In this document: piece by piece, positions 1 to 6,975 of the stretch
Layout: each line of letters starts with the position of its first letter
Position numbering within the stretch: position 1 is the first letter of the stretch
Assembly: GCA_045599845.1 (NCBI GenBank)
Contig: JAZRWT010000111.1
Span: forward strand, 1 to 39,185
Length of the DNA stretch: 39,185 bases
Origin: Candidatus Egerieisoma sp.
GTDB lineage: Bacteria > Bacteroidota > Bacteroidia > Bacteroidales > UBA932
Direction: 5' to 3'
Translations under genes and position numbers: made by a program
The notes under the pieces: model-generated
What the model saw: the letters and a program-made list of their open reading frames with translations, nothing else
What the model was told of the DNA's origin: nothing
Database searches by the model: none

Positions 1-314
1 TCCCCTTGATTATTTATACCTTCGCCCTCTACCGACTCATACCAACCGAGGATAATCTTGCCGTTCTCCACAGAGAAAGAACGTGAATAATCATTCGTGC
101 CTGCAAATACGTCATAAACATGAATATCGGCAGTATTATTGGTGTTGAATGTCCAATCAAGGAATCCATCGGGGGCATAATACGGATATTCTTCATATGA
201 TTCAGCCCAAGTGCCAATGAGATTGCCCTGCGTTACTTCCATTTTTGAACAGGATACAGCAAAAAAGCATATGCCTGCCAAGAATAATAATGATAGAGTT
301 TTTATAACCTTCAT
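1..314 (-). CDS. hypothetical lipoprotein, N-terminal 104 codons (the 3' end lies beyond the left edge)
   Basis: Absent from the ORF track because there is no stop in the window. The reverse complement from the ATG (314..312) reads MKVIKTLSLLFLAGICFFAVSCSKMEVTQGNLIGTWAESYEEYPYYAPDGFLDWTFNTNNTADIHVYDVFAGTNDYSRSFSVENGKIILGWYESVEGEGINNQG and is open to position 1. It has a hydrophobic signal peptide followed by Cys (AVSC). The listed ORF 29..217 is in a different frame. Confidence 0.6.
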   Translation of the reverse strand, partial: MKVIKTLSLLFLAGICFFAVSCSKMEVTQGNLIGTWAESYEEYPYYAPDGFLDWTFNTNNTADIHVYDVFAGTNDYSRSFSVENGKIILGWYESVEGEGINNQG

Positions 315-378
315 GACTTCATAGAATTGTTGTTTCTGCACTTATAAATACAGAACAATGCAAAATGCGTCAAAGAAA

Positions 379-405
379 TCAGCTAAAATTTTCGGATTTA
401 TCTGA
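379..405. repeat. hairpin TCAGCTAAA-[ATTTTCGGA]-TTTATCTGA, related to the hairpin at 809-841
   Basis: 8 of 9 stem positions pair. The loop core ATTTTCGGATT (388-398) recurs identically at 824-834. On the minus strand the hairpin is followed by TTTCTTT. Confidence 0.45.
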
Positions 406-789
406 GGCGGAGAACGTGCGGGAAGCGGAGCCGATACCATTGCCAAGGGATGGGAATTCAACCATTGGCCGAAGCCACAGATTCGTGAAAAGTATGATCC
501 AGACAGGGTTGAGTTGACATTGATGATAGGTCAGAGCTTTTTAATGGATAACCAGAGTAGTACTACCACAGATACTACCCCAGGCACTACCCCAATAGAG
601 AATAAACAAAATACGCGGAAGAAGATAATCCAAATCATAAAATCAACACCGAATGTTTCTACCCTAGGCCTCGCCAAAATGTGTGGTATCACAAAAGATG
701 GCGCAAAATATCATTTGACGAAACTTAAAAAAGAGGGGAAAATAAGATATTCCAAAGAAGACGGTGGGATTTGGATAGTCAGCGAATAA
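406..789 (+). pseudogene. 3' remnant (about 127 codons) of an ATP-binding / winged-helix putative transcriptional regulator (AlbA_2 - HATPase_c_4 - HTH type)
   Basis: The frame is open only from 406, just after TGA 403-405. It reads GGERAGSGADTIAKGWEFNHWPKPQIREKYDPDRVELTLMIGQ...KKIIQIIKSTPNVSTLGLAKMCGITKDGAKYHLTKLKKEGKIRYSKEDGGIWIV. This matches the GSG..I end of the HATPase_c_4 module plus the C-terminal wHTH seen in about 450-500 aa Bacteroidales proteins. There is no N-terminal domain and no credible start; the track start is a TTG at 514. Confidence 0.5.
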
Positions 790-808
790 GATTCAAAAAA
801 GCATCCTT

Positions 809-852
809 GAGCTATAACTCGATATTTTCGGATTATAGCTCATTTTCTTTTT
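809..852 (+). terminator. rho-independent terminator-like hairpin GAGCTATAA-N15-TTATAGCTC followed by ATTTTCTTTTT
   Basis: A perfect 9-bp stem (809-817 / 833-841) is followed by a T-rich tract at 842-852, 20 nt after the stop of the 406-789 remnant. Confidence 0.6.
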
Positions 853-1040
853 CCCTCACAGAACGCTGTCTGTAGCAGGATGTGTCACAATAGGCATCCA
901 GAGAATGTGGTCAAATCGCGCCTGTAACATACTGTTTATTAGTTTGTTATAATATTCGCAGTACGTCAGAATCATCGTTATGTATGAATGACAGTAAGGT
1001 TCCCACAAAAATTTGCATAGTAGATTGTTTCAGAGGCATA

Positions 1041-1910
1041 TCAATTACCTGCCACAGCTCTGATCGGCATTGCGAAACAGCGTTCGTAATAATCGAGGGT
1101 ATCGGTATAGAATACACTGAAACACAGATCGACTGCATAATTGGGAGTACCATTTGCGTAAACGGGAACTTCTTCCGGATCGGTAATATCTTCTCCCTGA
1201 AGAGAGGAAGATCTGTAGTATCCCAACACCATGTCGTCTTTTTATTCCGGAGATTTTCTCTTACCTCTATCCTCGGGATTCTTCGCCTTGAATACAGCAT
1301 ATCCGCGAACACCGGAACCTTTGTAGTCGGTACACCATTGCCAGAAACATCCCGACACCAAATCACCGAATTCTCCAATAGTCGGCATTCGCCACGGTTC
1401 GCCGAGTTCCTTACGGGCCACATCGTCATTAAGCTCAAGCTCTTTCCTGTTGTCAACGGGACCATCGCCGTACCAGTATTCCGGAAAATCATCAGGAACA
1501 TATTTCGTCAGTTGCAGTTCCTGTCCGTCCTTGCACCAGGCATAGGTACCCCAACTGTAAAATGATTTGGGCTTGGTCTCTCCCCAAGAGTAATATTTCC
1601 CATAATCGGCAGGGGCGGCTGCACTAATATTGAACTAAGCCCACTTTATACCTGTCCCCAAGTCTATCTTTTCTGGCTAAGGATGCGCCAATGTTGTAAA
1701 ACTCTCCACGTTTCCGAACGAATAAGCCCTGTTGTACAGGACAAACGTACGGTAGAAATATTCTGTTCCGGGATTCAGGTTTTCAACATCAACAGAAAAA
1801 AGGCCATTCTCATCCGTATTAGGAGCATACAGAACTACAGTGTTCCAATACTCAGCATTTCTGATGAAAATCAAGTACCTGTTTACTGCATTTCTCAAAG
1901 AAAAAGAGGC
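1041..1910 (-). pseudogene. 5'-truncated, nonsense-interrupted gene for an Ig/FN3-like + FISUMP/DUF1566-type (Fibrobacter succinogenes major paralogous domain-like) protein
   Basis: A single minus-strand reading frame gives ASFSLRNAVNRYLIFIRNAEYWNTVVLYAPNTDENGLFSVDVENLNPGTEYFYRTFVLYNRAYSFGNVESFTTLAHP*PEKIDLGTGIKWA*FNISAAAPADYGKYYSWGETKPKSFYSWGTYAWCKDGQ...EPWRMPTIGEFGDLVSGCFWQWCTDYKGSGVRGYAVFKAKNPEDRGKRKSPE*KDDMVLGYYRSSSLQGED...RCFAMPIRAVAGN*. Family hallmarks are present: DLG..KWA, Y..WGE, WR.PT..E...L, C.W.W, GYY.SSS, R..G..(I/V)R.V. In-frame stops lie at 1677-1679 (TAG), 1635-1637 (TAG) and 1242-1244 (TAA). The frame opens at 1910 after a TAG, with no signal peptide. Confidence 0.6.
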
Positions 1911-1934
1911 CTACTGAAAAGGCTTATTTATAAG

Positions 1935-1973
1935 AATGGAACCTTGCTACAAGAACTGTAACAAGGTTCCATT
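1935..1973. terminator. strong hairpin AATGGAACCTTG(CTAC)-loop-(GTAA)CAAGGTTCCATT, probable tonB terminator, bidirectional in form
   Basis: A perfect 12-bp stem (1935-1946 / 1962-1973) is extendable to about 19 bp with one mismatch. It lies 50 nt downstream of the tonB stop (2024). The flanks are TTTT on the + strand and ATTCTTAT on the - strand. Confidence 0.55.
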
Positions 1974-2023
1974 TTTACATTGTTGGCTTTTTAGTAAAAC
2001 CCCAATCTATGATTGATAATAAA

Positions 2024-2719
2024 CTATCTCAACTGGAAAATAACAGGGAAGGTGAATCTAACCTTTACAGGCTTGCCGCTCTGCTTACCAGGAGTCCATG
2101 CAGGTGATGAAGAAACAACACGTACAGCCTCCTTGTCAAGTGAACTGTCAACGCCACGGACAACCTTAACGTCTGTTACTTTACCCTTTGTATCAACAGT
2201 AAACTGAAGAGTAACACGACCCTGAACGCCATTTTCCTTTGCAATTTCCGGATATACAATGTTCTTGAACACCCATTTTGTAAAGTCATTCTGGTCACCG
2301 CCCTGGAATTTAGGTTTCTCCTCAACGATTGCAAGAGGGATAGCCTCTTCCTCAACTTCTTCCTCTTCCTGAACTGCCTGAGGTGTATAGTCACGGATCT
2401 CAACACCTGAAAGCTTGTCATCCTCAATATTGATAACTGCATCATCAACGGTTACCTCATTGTCAACGATATCAAGTATGTCTGATACAACAGGCTCTTT
2501 TGGTACCTCTGGTGGTGGAGGTGTATTCTCAGTGGTTACAGGAATGATTTCCTCCTCTGCGATGATTGCGTTCTCGTCCTCGAGAGTAGAGTTCACAGCT
2601 TCTGAAGTGCTCCACTCAAATGCACCCAAGGTAAGGAGAAGAGCAACTATCAAACCAATCTCGGTGAACAAACCTTTTTTGTCCTCAAGATTTGCTTTTG
2701 GTGATTTCTTTAACTCCAT
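2024..2719 (-). CDS. tonB: energy transducer TonB
   Basis: 231 aa with an N-terminal membrane anchor (GLIVALLLTLGAF), a Pro/Glu-rich spacer (TPPPPEVPKEP) and a TonB C-terminal domain (KPKFQGGDQNDFTKWV...YPEIAKENGVQGRVTLQFTVDTKGKVTDVKVVRGVD..LDKEAVRVV...WTPGKQSGKPV). Confidence 0.9.
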   Translation of the reverse strand: MELKKSPKANLEDKKGLFTEIGLIVALLLTLGAFEWSTSEAVNSTLEDENAIIAEEEIIPVTTENTPPPPEVPKEPVVSDILDIVDNEVTVDDAVINIEDDKLSGVEIRDYTPQAVQEEEEVEEEAIPLAIVEEKPKFQGGDQNDFTKWVFKNIVYPEIAKENGVQGRVTLQFTVDTKGKVTDVKVVRGVDSSLDKEAVRVVSSSPAWTPGKQSGKPVKVRFTFPVIFQLR

Positions 2720-2762
2720 AATATTGTGTATTAAAATTTAATGTTTGTTTATTTTCACAATG

Positions 2763-2770
2763 CAAAGGTA
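2763..2770 (-). promoter_or_regulatory. Bacteroides-type -7 box (TACCTTTG on the minus strand) for tonB
   Basis: Matches the TAnnTTTG consensus and lies 43 nt upstream of the tonB ATG (2719). No well-spaced -33 TTTG was seen. Confidence 0.4.
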
Positions 2771-2940
2771 ATAACTAATATACAGAATATAGAATTTCAA
2801 ATCTTGCAAGCGGATATGTAATAAACATTGATTCAATGATTTACAAATTAAATATATTTATTAAATCTTGCACATTGAAACTCGTGGGAATCAATCATAA
2901 GAATTCCAGTGTAATTGACAAGCCTGTGTGAAATCCTTCT

Positions 2941-3762
2941 CTATATGAAACTTGAAAGTATTTCAATACATCTGTCCTTTTGTTCTATGAAACTGTTATG
3001 CCCGCTTTCTTGAACAATCTCAGTCCGTACATGCGGAAAATCTTCAATGATTGCCTGAATCTTCTCAGATGGATTGAACTTGTCTGAATCTCCATGTATG
3101 AAAAGAACCTTGAACCCTTCACCGGAAATCTTCTTGACAAATTCAGAATAATCCTTTCTGTAAATCATTCCCTTGATTGAGGCACATATTCCAGCAGGAT
3201 CATGTGTAAGACATATTTCCTGTGTCTCTATAATTTTCTCATCGAACTTACGTAGATTTTCAGTCCTGTACATCTTAGGAATGGATATTTCAGCAATTGA
3301 CTCGAGCATATCCTGACGGATCAGCTCTATCTCATGTTCCCTGGCAGCTTTCTTTTCCTCTGAATCTGAAAAAGGAACTGAATTCAACAATACGAGCCCT
3401 TTGATACTGAATTTCCACTGCGATGGTTCATTCATCCAATCCTTTACAATCTGCTGGGCTACATATCCTCCCATAGAGTGACCTGCAACAAGAACATCAC
3501 CTGTTACCTTGCATTTGTCCAGAACCCCAAGAGCTACCTGTGAACAGAACTCCATGGTATTGATCTCAGGAGCCGAACCACTGAGCCCGTGACCAGGAAG
3601 GTCTATTGATATGACCCTGTATTTCTTTTCCAAAGATTCGCATAACTCATTGAAAATGTACAAGGTTTCAAGATAACCATGAAGGAGAAGGATGGTTGTT
3701 CCTCCTTTGCTTGTATCGTTTATATGAACAGGAATGTTGTTTGATGTTGCAAAAAATTCCAT
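2941..3762 (-). CDS. alpha/beta-fold hydrolase
   Basis: 273 aa with an HG oxyanion motif (ILLLHGY), a nucleophile elbow (GHSMGG), a late Asp (HGDSDKF) and His (SGHNSF). No signal peptide. Confidence 0.8.
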   Translation of the reverse strand: MEFFATSNNIPVHINDTSKGGTTILLLHGYLETLYIFNELCESLEKKYRVISIDLPGHGLSGSAPEINTMEFCSQVALGVLDKCKVTGDVLVAGHSMGGYVAQQIVKDWMNEPSQWKFSIKGLVLLNSVPFSDSEEKKAAREHEIELIRQDMLESIAEISIPKMYRTENLRKFDEKIIETQEICLTHDPAGICASIKGMIYRKDYSEFVKKISGEGFKVLFIHGDSDKFNPSEKIQAIIEDFPHVRTEIVQESGHNSFIEQKDRCIEILSSFI

Positions 3763-3866
3763 AGTTACTTTGTTTCTGTCTTAAGGACATTTCATGTCCT
3801 CTATTCATACTTCAGAACGCTAAAATAGAAATTAAACCATAGATTTCAAAATACGAGGCAAATGGT

Positions 3867-3874
3867 TATCTTTG
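3867..3874 (+). promoter_or_regulatory. candidate -7 box TATCTTTG pointing rightward into the repeat array and the S58 operon
   Basis: Exact TAnnTTTG match. No other exact match lies between here and the ATG at 4312. Confidence 0.35.
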
Positions 3875-3900
3875 TATGGAACCAAAGTTTGTCACAACCG

Positions 3901-4286
3901 TAACCAGAAGGGTGTTGAGAAAAAACGGGCAAGTTTTGGAGCGAAATCTTGACCAAACGGAAGTAAAAGACAAGAAACGGGCAAGTTTGGGGGCAAAAAC
4001 TTGACCAAACGGGAGTAAAAGACAAGAAACAGGCAAGTTTGGGGGCAAAAACTTGAGCAAACGGGGGCTGAAAACAAGAAACGGGCAAGTTTGGGACAAA
4101 AACTTGACCGAATGGGGGCAGAAAACAAGAAACGGGCAAGTTTGAGGCAAAAACTTGACCAAACGGAAGTAAAAGACAAGAAATGGGCAAGTTTTGGAGC
4201 GAAATCTTGACCGAACGGGAGCTGAAAACAAAAAACGGGCAAGTTTGAGGCGAAATCTTGACCAAGTGGGTAGGGGAAGCAAGAAA
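3901..4286. repeat. imperfect tandem repeat, about 7.5 units of 51-52 bp
   Basis: The unit anchor A(C/T)(G/A)GGCAAG occurs at 3925, 3977, 4029, 4081, 4132, 4183 and 4235 (spacings 52, 52, 52, 51, 51, 52). A representative unit is ACGGGCAAGTTTGGGGGCAAAAACTTGACCAAACGGGAGTAAAAGACAAGAA. There is a degenerate half unit at 3901-3924 and a degenerate last unit ending around 4286. Each unit carries an inverted repeat CAAGTTT / AAACTTG. Confidence 0.9.
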
Positions 4287-4311
4287 GGAAATATTAAATA
4301 AAAGAAAACAT

Positions 4312-5499
4312 ATGATTATGAAAAAAATGGCTTTAGGCATGGCAGTGGCTGCATGCGCAATTATGCTGGCAGCTCCACAAACGGCAAACGCACAGAAAAG
4401 AATGCGTGATTATGGAATTGTTACAGGAGTAATGAAAACAGGCAAATGGAATGCAATTACCGATGTTCCGGGCGTTAAAGTAGGTCACGTTACAATAAAC
4501 AATGGAGAAGGCGGTGACAAGAAAACCGGCGTTACTGCCATTGTACAGCACGATGGCAATATTTTCCGCAAGAAAGTTCCTGCTGCAATATATGCAGGCA
4601 ACGGTTTTGGTAAATTGAGCGGAGTAACACAGGTCAAGGAACTTGGAAATATTGAAACACCTATAGTTCTTACCAACACATTGAATGTTGCCGAAGGTAT
4701 AGCAGGACTTGTTGAATACACATTGGAACAACCTGGCAATGAGAATGTAAGGAGTGTAAACGCTGTTGTGGGAGAAACAAATGACGGCGGACTGAACAAC
4801 ATAAGGGCAAGATACGTAACCAAAGAAGACGTAAAGCAGGCCATTGTTAACGCAAAGAGCGGTCCTGTTGAAGAAGGAGTAGTTGGTGCTGGCACCGGTA
4901 CAGTTGCATTCGGTATAAAAGGTGGTATAGGCACATCTTCAAGAGTGCTTCCAAAGGCATACGGTGGATACACAGTTGGCGTGCTTGTACAGTCTAACTA
5001 TGGCGGCGTTCTTGAAATTGACGGAGTTCAGGTTGGCCAGCTTACAAAACATTACAATTTCAGGGACAAGATTCTTCAGGACGTTGACGGCAGCTGCATG
5101 ATGGTTGTTATCACTGATGCTCCTGTTGATGCACGAAATCTTGAAAGAATGGCAAAAAGAGCTATCATGGGACTTGCAAAAACTGGTGGTATTGCTTCAA
5201 ACGGAAGCGGGGACTATGTGATTGCAATGAGCGTATGCCCTGAGAATCTTATAGATGAGAACACAAAGGATCTCCATCCTACACTTCTTCACAACGATGA
5301 TATGAGTCCTCTTTTCCTTGCCACCATAGAAGCAACTGCAGAAGCTCTCTGGAACTCTCTCTTTGTTGCGGAACCTGTGACCGGTTACAACGGATATCAC
5401 GTTGATGCCCTTGACAACGAGCAGGCCGCAAAATGGATTCTCAACGCAAAGAAAGCAGTTGGACTTGACAAGATATACAAAGAGAACGCTAAAAAATAA
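4312..5499 (+). CDS. secreted P1/S58-family peptidase (DmpA / beta-peptidyl aminopeptidase family)
   Basis: Start moved to the ATG at 4312 (MIMKKMALGMAVAACAIMLAAPQTANAQ is a signal peptide); the track's upstream extension runs into the repeat. Family motifs: GVKVGHVT, GETNDGGLN, GAGTGT, GGIGTSS, VVITDAP, NGSGDY. Confidence 0.8.
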   Translation: MIMKKMALGMAVAACAIMLAAPQTANAQKRMRDYGIVTGVMKTGKWNAITDVPGVKVGHVTINNGEGGDKKTGVTAIVQHDGNIFRKKVPAAIYAGNGFGKLSGVTQVKELGNIETPIVLTNTLNVAEGIAGLVEYTLEQPGNENVRSVNAVVGETNDGGLNNIRARYVTKEDVKQAIVNAKSGPVEEGVVGAGTGTVAFGIKGGIGTSSRVLPKAYGGYTVGVLVQSNYGGVLEIDGVQVGQLTKHYNFRDKILQDVDGSCMMVVITDAPVDARNLERMAKRAIMGLAKTGGIASNGSGDYVIAMSVCPENLIDENTKDLHPTLLHNDDMSPLFLATIEATAEALWNSLFVAEPVTGYNGYHVDALDNEQAAKWILNAKKAVGLDKIYKENAKK

Positions 5500-5572
5500 G
5501 ATTTATAGCACTGAAAACTGTCTTGAAAGCTTGATACGAAATAAAAAATAAGCGCATTAAATAACTATCGCT

Positions 5573-6883
5573 GTGGAAAAATATTATAAAAGAGGGTGGG
5601 GCATTGCCTTTATTGCTCTCCTCGTTGCAATGGTTCTTGCAGAGCCTGCGTACTGTCAGAAAAAGGAAAGGGGTTTCTACAAGGACATCTGGATGGATGG
5701 AGGAGTAAGACTTACTTCCAAAAAGGATCTTCCGGTATCACGTTATCTGGGACTGGAGATGGAAAATCTGCTGAGTGCCGCTACTAAGGACCTCAGTGCA
5801 AGGGATACCTTGGCCCAATCCAAGGTTGTGGTTGGCAGTGAAATGGATGAAAACGGATATCTGCTTTACCCCGATGGTGCTCCGCGTTTCAGAATGCTTT
5901 ACTTCAACGGTGGCCTGGCTACCCAGCACGGACGCTCGCTCGGAGAAAACGGCAGGGAGAGAATCAGGGAGTTCATAAAGAACGGAGGAAGTTATCTTGG
6001 CTCATGCGCCGGTGCTTTCATAACAGGCATATACTGCGATACGGTTGAACAGGAGATTCGCAAGGATTATCTTCATATCTGGCCTGGTTACGGCATAACA
6101 ACTGGAATGACAGACACTTATACAGGAATGTTCGTTCCTGAGGATTCTCCTCTCCTTAAATATCATGATTTCGGAGGTGATTTATACATAGACAGTGTAT
6201 ATCACAACGGAGGATGCTATGCCGCCATTGAAAACGGAGCTCTTCCTGAAAAAACTGAAATTCTGACACTTTACGATGCGGACACTATGAAACTGAAGCA
6301 GCCGGCGCATAGAAGGATTGCTTCATGGGCTTACAAGGCTGATGAAACATCGGGCAGGGTAGTGGCAGTAGGGTCACATCCTGAGAGTGCGGCTTATGGT
6401 GAAAGGCTTGACTATATGGCATCAATGGTAAAATATGCCATTGACGGCAACAGGGCTCCTCAGGTGAAGGCTGAACTTGAAAAAGCCGTTTCAAGACAGA
6501 TGATTTGCAGTTACAGCGCAGGAAAGCCGGAATTTGCAAGAATAGGGGACAAGCAGTATCATCACTTTACCATTGATGTTCCCGAAGGGGTTGAAACACT
6601 TACGGTTCGTCTTGAATCCATTCCGGGAATGAAGGATTTTGACCTTTATGCACTTGCAAACAGCGGGGATTTTGCATGGCTGGATTGCGCACAGTACAGG
6701 AACATAAAGCTTGGTGTTGACAAAACACTGTTTGTAAACAAACCGAAAGCAGGCAAACTTTTCATATCGGTTTTCTGCGCAACCACTGTTGATACCAAAC
6801 AGACTTTCTGGGGCACTGAATATTGCGGGCGTACCGATGTTCTGAACGGTGTACCATACATAATAACTGTTGATTACAAATAA
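5573..6883 (+). CDS. secreted BPL_N-like (class I glutamine-amidotransferase fold) protein with a C-terminal pre-peptidase (PPC)-like domain, paralog 1
   Basis: GTG start with a signal peptide (GIAFIALLVAMVLAEPAYC). Motifs: YPDGAPRFRMLYFNGG...GRERIREFIKNGGSYLGSCAGAF (G-x-C-x-G nucleophile elbow), later GSHPE, and a C-terminal block HHFTIDVPEGVETLTVRLES...DFDLYA typical of PPC domains. The function is unknown. Confidence 0.6.
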   Translation: MEKYYKRGWGIAFIALLVAMVLAEPAYCQKKERGFYKDIWMDGGVRLTSKKDLPVSRYLGLEMENLLSAATKDLSARDTLAQSKVVVGSEMDENGYLLYPDGAPRFRMLYFNGGLATQHGRSLGENGRERIREFIKNGGSYLGSCAGAFITGIYCDTVEQEIRKDYLHIWPGYGITTGMTDTYTGMFVPEDSPLLKYHDFGGDLYIDSVYHNGGCYAAIENGALPEKTEILTLYDADTMKLKQPAHRRIASWAYKADETSGRVVAVGSHPESAAYGERLDYMASMVKYAIDGNRAPQVKAELEKAVSRQMICSYSAGKPEFARIGDKQYHHFTIDVPEGVETLTVRLESIPGMKDFDLYALANSGDFAWLDCAQYRNIKLGVDKTLFVNKPKAGKLFISVFCATTVDTKQTFWGTEYCGRTDVLNGVPYIITVDYK

Positions 6884-6886
6884 AGC

Positions 6887-6923
6887 GTTCCTTGCAGCAA
6901 CAATACTGCTGAACTCAAGGAAC
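6887..6923 (+). other. intercistronic hairpin GTTCCTTG(CAGCA)-loop-(TGCTG)AACT-CAAGGAAC without a U-tract
   Basis: An 8-bp outer stem (6887-6894 / 6916-6923) plus a 5-bp inner stem lies between the two paralogs. It is followed by AAATGAAT, so it is not a classical terminator. Confidence 0.4.
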
Positions 6924-6975
6924 AAATGAATCAAGCGGACATACAATATTGAATGAACTTAAAAATAATGCAATC

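Noticed and set aside
29-217. 62-aa minus-strand ORF at the left edge.
   Set aside because: It is in a different frame from the edge-truncated lipoprotein gene (1-314), which has a proper ATG, signal peptide and lipobox-like Cys.
1041-1232. Diversity-generating retroelement target; the C-terminal GYY.SSS...R..G...R.V region of DUF1566/CLec-type proteins is a common variable region.
   Set aside because: No reverse transcriptase ORF, no template-repeat copy of this segment and no accessory gene appear anywhere in the window.
947-1565. ORF-track entries 947..1501 (-, 184 aa) and 984..1565 (+, 193 aa) as real genes.
   Set aside because: They overlap each other on opposite strands and have low-complexity, Cys/Arg-rich translations. 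Neither is in the frame that carries the clear FISUMP/DUF1566 motifs, so they are shadow ORFs over a pseudogene.
1041-1910. Stop-codon reassignment: TAG/TAA read as sense with TGA as the only stop, as in recoded phages.
   Set aside because: Neighbouring bona fide genes terminate on TAG (tonB 2024-2026, hydrolase 2941-2943, paralog 2 8284-8286) and TAA (susD, pgi). The gene also lacks its N-terminus, so simple pseudogenisation fits better.
3901-4286. Possible CRISPR array.
   Set aside because: The units are directly contiguous with no unique spacers, unit length and degeneracy are atypical, and no cas genes are in the window.
4258-4311. N-terminal extension of the S58 peptidase ORF (MTKWVGEARKEILNKRKH...).
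   Set aside because: The extension starts from a non-ATG codon inside the last degenerate repeat unit. The ATG at 4312 gives a canonical signal peptide directly.
3846-4340. Three long overlapping minus-strand ORFs (164, 138 and 116 aa) with repetitive Pro/Phe/Leu/Cys-rich translations.
   Set aside because: They are a by-product of the purine-biased 51-52 bp tandem repeat, which contains no minus-strand stop codon in any frame. The period is not divisible by 3, all three frames are open at once, and the longest ORF runs antisense into the signal-peptide coding region of the S58 gene.
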